Source of the DNA: Macrostomum lignano
Taxonomy: Eukaryota
Length of the DNA: 64,000 bases
NCBI GenBank assembly: GCA_002269645.1
Contig: NIVC01000305.1
Location: forward strand, 62,001-126,000
Direction of reading: 5' to 3'
In this document: piece after piece, positions 46,458 to 57,786 of the stretch
Numbering within the stretch: the stretch's first letter is position 1
Layout: each line of letters begins with the position of its first letter
Program-made: the position numbers and the translations under genes
The notes under the pieces: model-generated
The model's database searches: none
Told to the model about the DNA's origin: nothing
Seen by the model: the letters and a program-made list of their open reading frames with translations, nothing else

Positions 46458-49004
46458 TCAGCCCATCGAGCAGTAGTCCTGCAGCAGCTGGAACTCCGAT
46501 CCTGTGAGGCTCCGACTGCTCATACCGTAGCAACGGATTAAGCCTTTGAAACTCCAATCATTTCTCAGGCTATAGCCAAGTTTCAGACACCCGAAGCGAC
46601 TGGCGGCAGCGCTCCCAATGCTTCCATTTCGAGTTGGTTCAGCGTACGAGATGCTTCCGTTGAAATAAAATTTCACACTTTCAGCGTTGGCGGCGTACGC
46701 ATAGCCAACTGAGATTAACTTGATTGAGTCATCGTTGGTAAACAGGTTGTAAGCTGACCAACGTTGGTACCGGAAATATCCGTTCATCCAATGAAAATAC
46801 GCGTACATCGTGCGACTATTTTTTGCCCAAGTGTTGGACGACTTGGTTCCGTTGCACTGTTGAATCCGGTGGTAGAAATTGTAGCTGAAAGTTTAATCGG
46901 GATGTACGGTGTAGAAATTTGTCAGATAGTTTTCTTCAAACAAACTTTACACCATGGAAGTGTCCCCCACCTCACCTTCTGCCCAGTCCCCTCCTCACTC
47001 CCTGCCCCAGCCTCCTCCTCACTCCCTGCCCCAGTCCCCCTCCTCACTCCCTGCCCCAGTCCCCTCCTCACTCCCTGCCCCAGTCCCCTCCTCACTCCCT
47101 GCCCCAGTCCCCTCCTCACTCCCTGCCCCAGTCCCCTCATCACTCCCTGCCCCAGTCCCCCTCCTCACTCCCTGCCCCAGTCCCCTCCTCACTCCCTGCC
47201 CCAGTCCCCTCCTCACTCCCTGCCCCAGTCCCCTCATCACTCCCTGCCCCAGTCCCCCTCCTCACTCCCTGCCCAAGTCCCCCTCCTCACTCCCTGCCCC
47301 AGCCCCCACCTCACTTCCCCTCCTCACTCCCTGCCCAAGTCCCCCTCCTCACTCCCTGCCCAAGTCCCCCGCCTCACTCCCTGCCCAAGTCCCCCGCCTC
47401 ACTCCCTGCCCAAGTCCCCCGCCTCACTCCCTGCCCCAGTCCCTTCCTCACTTCCTGCCCCAGCCCCCACCTCACTTCCCCTCCTCACTCCCTGCCCAAG
47501 TCCCCCTCCTCACTCCCTGCCCAAGTCCCCCTCCTCACTCCCTGCCTAAGTCCGCCTCCTCACTCCCTGCCCAAGTCCCCCACCTCACTCTCTGCCCTAG
47601 TCCCCTCCTCACTTCCTGCCCCAGCCCCCACCTCACTTCCCCTCCTCACTCCCTGCCCAAGTCCCCCTCCTCACTCCCTGCCCAAGTCCCCCTCCTCACT
47701 CCCTGCCCAAGTCCCCCTCCTCACTCCCTGCCCCAGTCCCCTCCTCACTTCCTGCCCAGCCCCCACCTCACTTCTCCTCCTCACTCCCTGCCCAAGTCCC
47801 CCTCCTCACTCCCTGCCCAAGTCCCCCTCCTCACTCCCTGCCAAAGTCCCCCTCCTCACTCCCTGCCCCAGTCCCCTCCTCACTTCCTGCCCCAGCCCCC
47901 ACCTCACTTCCCCTCCTCACTCCCTGCCCAAGTCCCCCTCCTCACTCCCCCTCCTCACTCCCTGCCCCAGTCCCTCCAGGTCCTTATTTTCTGCTCCACT
48001 TATATCTACATTACTTTTTTTGTATCCTAATTGATCTCTACCCAAATAAACGATTGTCAAGATAATTTTGAAATATTGTCTCACCCGCTCGTCATGTTAT
48101 GCCTAGCTAGCATATAGAATGAATAATTTCTATTAAAGTCCAAATCTTGCTCAAGGCCAGGCGTCTTAGCAATCAGATAGGAGTCGTTGTGCCCCATCAG
48201 CTGGGCACCGTCGGTCCCAAGGTTCACGTTGCGAGCGGTGAGGCAATACTGCCTTGGATTCACCTCGTTCAGTAAGCCGCTGTGCGTGAATCGGTAAAAC
48301 AATTTCATCTGCAGCTGACCTAGTAAACCAGAGTTTTCTGAAATTATTCAAGAGGAATACGTTGCGACAGCGGCTCTATGCGTGGGGAAGTGTAGAGTCA
48401 GATGATCCTCTGGGTTTCTTTCGCTGACCAAGAAGCGACATCAAATCTTGTACAAGTTGGGTTTTCTTCGTCTTCAAATTGACACACCAACGACAGATAA
48501 CTGAGTTTCTGAGCATCTTCTCACACAAATTGGCTTGCTGAAGCAACAATGCTTTGAATTTTTTTGAATCAAGAATATCGATGGGTCAGACGTGCACGAG
48601 TCAGTGTCGCTTTCTACTCAGCAAAAGAGCCTTCCATGGCAGGTTCAATTCGTGCTAGTCACTTACTAGAAGCCGCCGTATGCTGAAACGTGTCGCAGCT
48701 TCCAGACGTCCATTGTTCCTCTGTCGACCACGAGTCGCCAGTGTAGCACAGCCGAGTGCCCGGGTCAAAGTGGGTCAAAGTGGAAGGCGTCACAAAGCGG
48801 CTTCAGGCTGCAGTGCACCGAGCACTCAGCATTGCTGCCAACATTAGACGCCGCAACCACTGCAGCGTCGGTGGGGCAGAGCGATGTGCGTTGGAATGTC
48901 AGACTGTCCGTTTGGGAGTTGAGAGTAGAAGACAGTTGGCACCAGCATGTCATTAGCATGGCAATCGATAGACATAACTTTGTAGTTCTCGTGTAGCGAT
49001 GCAT
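46458..49004 (-). pseudogene. Signal peptide + PAN/Apple + LamG/ConA-like gene, frameshifted by a 10-bp tandem duplication
   Basis: Exons 49004-48667, 48319-48085 and 46884-46458 with GT-AG sites and matching phases (1,2). CACTTTGACC is duplicated at about 48763-48782; removing one copy gives 329 aa with CSVHCSLKPLCDAFHF and VGY...KFYFNG...LKLG...FKGLIRC motifs. Confidence 0.75.
46965..47975. repeat. 24-bp intronic satellite CCTCCTCACTCCCTGCCC(C/A)AGTCC
   Basis: 24-bp period measured; lies in intron 2 of the PAN-LamG gene. Confidence 0.95.
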
Positions 49005-49563
49005 TTTCCAGCTTGTACTCGTAACAATTGGGTTGAGACAGAATATTGACACGATGGACTGAGAGTCCGGGCCTGAGCTCCATCCTATTTTATCGGCACT
49101 GGGCTTCTTCCATGTGGGGGGGAATGTAGCTGATATTCTATTGGCTCTTCGTCTTCTTGGCATGCTTACGGAAGCTGCCTTACAAACCCACACTTGAGTT
49201 CACTGCATCTCCCGCGTGTTTGCTCTCAGACAATACTTCAGTTGTTTTCCCTGAGGAAATCGCGGAATTTGCTCGAGAGTATCTGCATGCTTCCACCGAC
49301 ATCGCGGCTACAATATGACAGGCCTAAAATCTACATGAACTTGACTTACCTGGCTTTGCTGCAGAGAGCTCCGGGCATCCGGATACAGGGGTCAATACAG
49401 ACGCCTATTCCCCTGGCGACCACAGGCAACTAGTGCTGCGGTGTAGCGCAGGGAGATCCGGTGGTGCCGGTGTCCACTAGCCTGGTCCGCTTCCGGAGAG
49501 TCCAGGAGGTGGATGATCGCTCGCCCGGTAGCCCTTAGATGGCGGCAGGAATCTGGCACAAGT

Positions 49564-50106
49564 GATTTTGCCATAGACAAAGTCATTCCTGCACGGCAAG
49601 TTAAACGAGAAACGAAGACGAAAATTTCGGAGTGAGGGGTTGGAAAGGTTTATAAAAGCTCAATTTAGCTTTAACGATGGCTTCTGTAATCCACTTGTCT
49701 CAGAATCCGCCATTAATTGATTTGTGCTACGCAACAGTGTGTGATGTAGTGAAGAATGTCTATCGAAGCTACTTCCAGCAACTTAGAGAGGTCCCAAGGC
49801 GAGCTTTTGTATTCTAGGTTACGGTTTTCATTACATATTTGTGTTGAAGTTTGTTTACATACGAGTACAACTAAGACGTTATTAACGTTTACTTTAATCA
49901 ACAGAATGGCGCAGCGCAACGCTCTGACTGGAAAAATTCGCCGGGAGTCAAGTTATACCTTAGACTTAGACGAAGCATCTGAAAGGCGGCTGTTGCGACT
50001 ACGAGTACCGTCCGTGCAGGAATATATCAATCTTATTATTACGTGTGCAGAATTGCTGATCTTGCACGCTCAAGCGTGCAGAATCGAGTTTGTCTATGGC
50101 AAAATC
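49564..50106. mobile_element. Non-coding element bounded by perfect 18-bp inverted repeats; related to the Crypton upstream region
   Basis: GATTTTGCCATAGACAAA at 49564-49581 and its reverse complement at 50089-50106. About 49570-49790 aligns with 44975-45215. No TSD seen. Confidence 0.6.
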
Positions 50107-50827
50107 TCCTTTAGGTCTATGAATCATACATGTAGTAGGTGCAGGATTGAAATTTATTTTTACAAATTGAAAAGACAACAAAAATAAAGTGCAGGATTGA
50201 TTTTGTCTATGGTTGAACTTCATGGCCAATGACGCACTCGTTAGCATTATAGAATCCTTACATTTTCGAATAGATTTCCAGAAAGATTTGAGTGTGGATT
50301 AACGATTTGCTTTTCTATTTTCATCTTCAAAGTTTATCTGTTGTTTCTAAAAATTCAATAATCTGACCTTTCAGGAATGATTTCTTTATTCCTGCGCGAT
50401 TAGTTATTTTTTCAAGAGAGTTTTTACCATAAATTCCCGCACGCTTTGGTCAAATGACAATGCAATTTGCTCAGCTTAGAAGCAAATTTGCAATGTTTTA
50501 AACAACCTAAACGAAATAAATTACACGAATATATAACGTCGACAACCATGAAAAACTATTTATATATTTCTGCATCTTCGAATTATTAAAATCTTGATTG
50601 GAGTCTGTTAAATTAAATACTTCTACATCTACATGTAGAAAGGTAATTGAGAATCAGGCCTGCCTTCCCCGTTACTAGAAGTTTATGTTTTTGACAGCTT
50701 ATAATTTTTATCTCTAGTTCACTGTTAGTCCAAGTTTTTGTTTAAACGTTTCCCTCCAGATGGGTAAACATGCCACGACTCCTGGTTCCAGTCCACGAGC
50801 AGTCACATTCATGATGTTCACATTCAG

Positions 50828-51200
50828 AAGGCGCCAGCTACAGAGGGGGCGCCAGCTACAGAGGGGGCGCCAGCTACAGAGGGGGCGCCAGCTACATGTA
50901 CACGGGGGGCGCCAGCTACAGAAGGGGCGCCAGCTACACGGGGGGTGCCAGGGTACAGAGGGGGCGCCAGGTACAGAGGGGCGTCAGCTACAGAGGGCAG
51001 CAAACTACAATGAGCAGTTCGCGTCAGTGAGTCAGCTCATAAATATAGACTTGCCAACAATCCTTTTTAGATAAAAAATTAAGGACCAGATGGGAAAACC
51101 TCCCATGCCACGCAGCACGTTGTAGCAAAAATGCGAAAAAAGGAACCCTGAACACAGACAGTTTCAGTTGAATTCAGTCGTGCAGTGAATATTTATAATG
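50828..51200 (+). pseudogene. 5'-truncated second copy of the APATEG-repeat gene 3' part
   Basis: About 10 GCGCCAGCTACAGAGGGG units, then the same CGTCA|GTGAGT donor, intron and last exon as 39300-39471. Confidence 0.7.
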
Positions 51201-51363
51201 CAAAAAGTGATAACAAAAGAAACACATATAATGCTATCTATTAGGTCTGTCAATAAGCAAGTTAAAGAATCTGCACTGTACAGTCTGATAAATCAATTTC
51301 TACTGCAAAGGCTATCACAGCTACTGACAGTAGCCAACCCTGAACAAAATATCCAAAGCCGTT

Positions 51364-54300
51364 TCATGAGACAGCAAGCGACCCCGAATCAACGTCAGAG
51401 CCATCCTCAGCAATCGCAGTCACCAGCCACTGTCGGCGGTCAACATCAAAGCGAAGCCGCAACTCGCTGGCCAAACTACTGCCAGAAGGCGGCGGCAACT
51501 TCAAACGAATTGGCGGCTCGTCAAAGTGACCAAAGAAGGTCAATTCCAAATCCGCGCCGAACGGCACATCGAACGGCTCTCGATCAATGATTGAATTTGA
51601 GCAGACTCGAACAGACTTGAGATGACTCAACTGATTCCCAAGGCTGTCTAACGGCTCCAAACGAACCAAAGCTTCGTTGGACGAGTTGGCCGATTTTAAC
51701 AAACGAATTCGCCGCTGCACAGACCAATCGGGCACGGGCACCTGCAGCTCGCGCATCAGCATGGACATCAGAGTGTCCGCATCCGCAAACAGCCGCATTG
51801 ACGCTTTCAAATCTCTTGGCGTCGGCTGCAGATTGCAAATTATGAGTCGGCCTTTGCCGTCCTGCAGGCACTCCAGAGGCAGTCGGGCTGCTGGGTTCAC
51901 GGTGAGCGAAGAGCCGAGCACAAGACACAGGTCGGCCTGCTGGCACCAGCTGCGAGCTTGGCTGAGCACTTCCGGTCGGAGAGCATAGCCGAACAGCACC
52001 AGAGAGTGATGCAGTTTTGGCGCCGAGTTGCTGCCCAACTCCCAGCAGGACCGGCAGACGCGCTTGGTGGTTCGCTGATCCTCTGGGAGGCCTTGGCGGA
52101 CTCGGAAGTCGCGAAAATACTCGGTGCCGCAGGCGGTGCACCTGGGAGGTTGGCGGGTCAGGAAAGGAAGGAGGATAAAGTACATTCGGATAGAGTGAGG
52201 GAGCAAGTAAGGTAAATTCTGCCGGTAGTTTAAGGTAGATTCTGGTGGTAGTTTATGATAGATTATGGTGGTGGTTTATGGTAGATTCTGGTGGTAGTTT
52301 ATGGTAGATTCTGGTGGTAGTTTATGGTAGATTCTGGTGGTAGTTTATGTAGATTCTGGTGTAGTTTATGGTAGATTCTGGTGGTAGTTTATGGTAGATT
52401 CTGGTGGTAGTTTATGATAGATTCTGGTGGTAGTTTATGGTAGATTCTGGTGTAGTTTATGGTAGATTCTGGTGGAAGTTTATGGTAGATTCTGGTGGTA
52501 GTTTATGGTAGATTCTGGTGGTAGTTTAATGTAGATTCTGGTGGTAGTTTATGGTAGATTCTGGTGGTAGTTTATGGTAGATTCTGGTGTAGTTTATGGT
52601 AGATTCTGGTGGAAGTTTATGGTAGATTCTGGTGGTAGTTTATGGTAGATTCTGGTGGTAGTTTAATGTAGATTCTGGTGGTAGTTTATGGTAGATTCTG
52701 GTGGTAGTTTATGGTAGATTCTGGTGGTAGTTTATGTAGATTCTGGTGGTAGTTTATGTAGATTCTGGTGGTAGTTTATGGTAGATTCTGGTGGTAGTTT
52801 ATGTAGATTCTGGAGGTAGTTTATGGTAGATTCTGGCGGTAGTTTATGGTAGATTCTGGTGGTAGTTTATGGTAGATTCTGGTGGTAGTTTATGGTAGAT
52901 TCTGGTGGTAGTTTATGTAGATTCTGGTGTAGTTTATGGTAGATTCTGGTGGTAGTTTATGCTAGATTCTGGTGGTAGTTTATGATAGATTCTGGTGGTA
53001 GTTTATGGTAGATTCTGGTGTAGTTTATGGTAGATTCTGGTGGAAGTTTATGGTAGATTCTGGTGGTAGTTTATGGTAGATTCTGGTGGTAGTTTAATGT
53101 AGATTCTGGTGGTAGTTTATGGTAGATTCTGGTGGTAGTTTATGGTAGATTCTGGTGGTAGTTTATGTAGATTCTGGAGGTAGTTTATGGTAGATTCTGG
53201 CGGTAGTTTATGGTAGATTCTGGTGCTATTTTATAGTAGATTCTGGTGGTAGGTTATGGTAGATTCTGGTGGTAGGTTATAGTAGATTCTGGTGGTAGTT
53301 TATGGTAGATTCTGGTGGTAGTTTATAGTAGATTCTGGTGGTAGGTTATAGTAGATTCTGGTGGTAGGTTACGGTAGATTCTGGTGGTAGTTTAATGTAG
53401 AGTCTGGTGGTAGTTTATGGTAGATTCTGGTGGTAGTTTATAGTAGATTCTGGTGGTAGGTTATGGTAGATTCTGGTGGTAGGTTAGGGTAGATTCTGGT
53501 GGTAGTTTTATGTAGAGTCTGGTGGTAGTTTATGGTAGATTCTGGTGGTAGTTTATAGTAGATTCTGGTGGTAGGTTATAGTAGATTCTTGTGGTAGTTT
53601 AATGTAGATTCTGGTGGTAGTTTATGGTAGATTCTGGTGGTAGGTTATGGTAGATTCTAGTGGTAGTTTATGGTAGATTCTGGTGGTAGGTTATGGTAGA
53701 TTCTGGTGGTAGGTTATGGTAGATTCTGGTGGTAGGTTATGGTAGATTCTGGTGTAGTTTATGGTAGATTCTGGTGGTAGTTTATGGTAGATTCTGGTGG
53801 TAGTTTAATGTAGATTCTGGTTATGTTTTTGTAGATTCTGGTGGTAGTTTAAGGTAGATTCTGGTGGTAGTTTAAGGTAGATTCTGGTGGTAGTTTATAG
53901 TAGATTCTGGTGGTAGGTTATGGTAGATTCTGGTGGTAAGTTATGGTAGATTCTGGTGGTAGGTTATGGTAGATTCTGGTGGTAGGTTATGGTAGATTCT
54001 GGTGGTAGTTTATAGTAGATTCTGGTGGTAGGTTATGGTAGATTCTGGTGGTAGGTTAGGGTAGATTCTGGTGGTAGGTTATGGTAGATTCTGGTGGTAG
54101 TTTATGTAGATTCTGGTGTAGTTTATGGTAGATTCTGGTGGTAGTTTAATGTAGAGTCTGGTGGTAGTTTATGGTAGATTCTGGTGGTAGTTTATAGTAG
54201 ATTCTGGTGGTAGGTTATGGTAGATTCTGGTGGTAGTTTAATGTAGAGTCTGGTGGTAGTTTATGGTAGATTCTGGTGGTAGTTTATGGTAGATTCTGGT

Positions 54301-57011
54301 GGTAGTTTATGGTAGATTCTGGTGGTAGTTTAATGTAGATTCTGGTGGTAGTTTATAGTAGATTCTGGTGGTAGGTTATGGTAGATTCTGGTGGTAGTTT
54401 ATAGTAGATTCTGGTGGTAGTTTATGGTAGAGTCTGGTGGTAGTTTATGTAGAATCTGGTGTAGTTTATGGTAGATTCTGGTGGTATTTTATAGTAGATT
54501 CTGGTGGAAGGTTATGGTAGATTCTGGTGGTAGTTTAATGTAGAGTCTGGTGTAGTTTATGGTAGATTCTGGTGGTAGTTTATGTAGATTCTGGTATAGT
54601 TTATGGTAGATTCTGCTGGTAGTTTATGTAGATTCTGGTGTAGTTTATGGTAGATTCTGGTGGTAGTTTATGTAGATTCTGGTGTAGTTTATGGTAGATT
54701 CTGGTGGTAGTTTAATGTAGAGTCTGGTGGTAGTTTATGGTAGATTCTGGTGGTAGTTTATGGTAGATTCTGGTGGTAGTTTATGGTAGATTATGGCGGT
54801 AGTGTAATGTAGATTCTGGTGGTAGTTTATGGTAGATTTTGGCGGTAGTTTATGGTAGATTCTGGTGGTAGTTTATGGTAGATTCTGGTGGTAGTTTATG
54901 GTAGATTCTGGTGGTAGGTTATGGTAGATTCTGGTGGTAGGTTATGGTAGATTCTGGTGGTAGGTTATGGTAGATTCTGGTGTAGTTTATGGTAGATTCT
55001 GGTGGTAGTTTATGGTAGATTCTGGTGGTAGTTTAATGTAGATTCTGGTGGTAGTTTATGTAGATTCTGGTGGTAGTTTAAGGTAGATTCTGGTGGTAGT
55101 TTAAGGTAGATTCTGGTGGTAGTTTATAGTAGATTCTGGTGGTAGGTTATGGTAGATTCTGGTGGTAGGTTATGGTAGATTCTGGTGGTAAGTTATGGTA
55201 GATTCTGGTGGTAGGTTATGGTAGATTCTGGTGGTAGGTTATGGTAGATTCTGGTGGTAGTTTATAGTAGATTCTGGTGGTAGGTTATGGTAGATTCTGG
55301 TGGTAGGTTAGGGTAGATTCTGGTGGTAGGTTATGGTAGATTCTGGTGGTAGTTTATGTAGATTCTGGTGTAGTTTATGGTAGATTCTGGTGGTAGTTTA
55401 ATGTAGAGTCTGGTGGTAGTTTATGGTAGATTCTGGTGGTAGTTTATAGTAGATTCTGGTGGTAGGTTATGGTAGATTCTGGTGGTAGTTTAATGTAGAG
55501 TCTGGTGGTAGTTTATGGTAGATTCTGGTGGTAGTTTATGGTAGATTCTGGTGGTAGTTTATGGTAGATTCTGGTGGTAGTTTAATGTAGATTCTGGTGG
55601 TAGTTTATGGTAGATTCTGGTGGTAGGTTATGGTAGATTCTGGTGGTAGTTTATAGTAGATTCTGGTGGTAGTTTATGGTAGAGTCTGGTGGTAGTTTAT
55701 GTAGAATCTGGTGTAGTTTATGGTAGATTCTGGTGGTATTTTATAGTAGATTCTGGTGGAAGGTTATGGTAGATTCTGGTGGTAGTTTAATGTAGAGTCT
55801 GGTGTAGTTTATGGTAGATTCTGGTGGTAGTTTATGTAGATTCTGGTATAGTTTATGGTAGATTCTGCTGGTAGTTTATGTAGATTCTGGTGTAGTTTAT
55901 GGTAGATTCTGGTGGTAGTTTATGTAGATTCTGGTGTAGTTTATGGTAGATTCTGGTGGTAGTTTAATGTAGAGTCTGGTGGTAGTTTATGGTAGATTCT
56001 GGTGGTAGTTTATGGTAGATTCTGGTGGTAGTTTATGGTAGATTATGGCGGTAGTGTAATGTAGATTCTGGTGGTAGTTTATGGTAGATTTTGGCGGTAG
56101 TTTATGGTAGATTCTGGTGGTAGTTTATGGTAGATTCTGGTGGTAGTTTATGGTAGATTCTGGTGGTAGTTTATGGTAGATTCTGGTGGTACATGTAGTT
56201 TAAGGTTGATTAAGAGGTCAGTTTAGTGTTATTCTGTACACAAGTTAGGATAGATTAGAGAGGATTGCCAGTTGTAGAGGGTCAACTGAGGTCAATTGAG
56301 AGTTGATTGTAAGGGCATGTGATTTCAAGAACAATGAAGAGCCTGCAAAAAACGCTAGTGCTGATTCTAAGAAACAGTCAGATACGGATTTCCAAGAAAC
56401 AGTCAGATATCGATTCCAAGAAATTCGGTCAGTTTTCCAAGAAACAATTCGATCAGTCTTCTAAGAAACAATCCGATGCGAATTCCAATAAACAATCTTA
56501 TCAGTTTACCAGGAAACAACCAGATATGGATTCCAAGAAACAGTCAGATACAGATTCCAGGAAACAGTCAAATTTTTAAAGTGGGCCGCACGCACCACTC
56601 GATAGCCGTGTTGCCATGCAATTCGGCTAATTTCTCAGGCGGAAAGCCGCTCCTTCGATGCAGCCCGTCGGTGTTCTGGCTGATCAGTCGCTTTAACAGG
56701 CCCGCCCGTTCGAGACCTACAAGCGACATGTGCGTCAGGCTGGGCGTCAGGCCCAGAGGGTTCCGATACACCGGCTCCTGACAGCCGCGAGCTCGCATAG
56801 TCATAATGCCGCCTGCGCCGCGATAATCCGGCAGCCCCGAAGCGGTGCTGATCCCGGCCCCGGTGAAGGCTACAAAAAATTTGGCCGATCGAATCAGGCT
56901 GGCCAGAGACTTGGCCTGGCGGGACAGGGTGGTCAAGTCTGACCGGAACTCTCGGCTAGACAGAGGCGGGGAGCGGCGTGACTGACTGTGGCCGGGAGGG
57001 AAGTTGCTCAT
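51364..57011 (-). CDS. Class IV (SIRT6/7-like) NAD-dependent deacylase, 2 exons (57011-56596, 52141-51364), 397 aa
   Basis: FTGAGISTASGLPDYRG, SQNTDGLHRRSG, LAELHGN, Zn sites CTAC/CRSC, LGSSLTVNPAARLP, ICNLQPTP. Phase-2 splice TG|GTGCGT...CCCAG|G restores IEWCTACG. Confidence 0.9.
52224..56195. repeat. About 4-kb 23-bp intronic satellite GGTAGATTCTGGTGGTAGTTTAT
   Basis: 23-bp period; variant landmarks recur at 1252-bp spacing. Confidence 0.97.
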
Positions 57012-57786
57012 GACTCTCGCTGTGGGATAAATGTTAAACTAAAATGTAAAAATTCGCAAGCGGCTTGTGAGCGCATTTGAAGACTGACTTTTGAGTTCCG
57101 CTGACTCTTGAGAACGTACAAGAGCGCCAATACTGTACACAGATTCATACACACGCCTACACAGGATGTCCAAAGAGGTCAAGGCTGGGGGGGGGGGGTT
57201 GCTGAGATGTCGAGGCAAATAGGGTTCACATAAATAATTTTCGTTCCTTTGCTTATTAGCCGCCCCGAAGGGGGGGGGGCACTAGATTGCTAGTCAAGTA
57301 TACTGAAAATGAGTTGTAATTGTAATTGTGGGTAGGTAGGTATGCGATTGATTTTAGCAAAATTGGCTCAATAATACCAGTAACTTAAATTAAACTTGCG
57401 TCATTCCCTGACGGTTGGGATCTTTAAACAAAAAACACAACCAAAAAGACATTACGAAGTGATTGAGAACAAAGCAGTTATTAAAGTATATTTTAATTCA
57501 TATATATAGAAACCGTATTAAAAACACGAGCTGCAATGCGTACAGAAATTCTAACCGGAAAAGAGCATGCAAACAAACTTATAAGAATAACGAAGTTTTC
57601 TCACACGCAATTAGTAACTCACTATAAAAACTCATCATGTTTTAACGTAATGCTATGAAGTACTCGTAAAATCTTTCCAACAGTTGTTTGCAATGACTCT
57701 TTAGCGATTCTTGCCACGGCAATGTTTTCAACAGGCAAGTTAAAGTGCTTTATTTTCTAACTTGCAGTCCACTGACAAACAGGCAG

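Noticed and set aside
46764-48034. Long Pro/Ser/His-rich ORFs
   Set aside because: Translations of the 24-bp satellite inside an intron of the opposite-strand gene.
56319-56579. 86-aa ORF with KKQSD repeats
   Set aside because: A degenerate minisatellite within the sirtuin intron, on the antisense strand.
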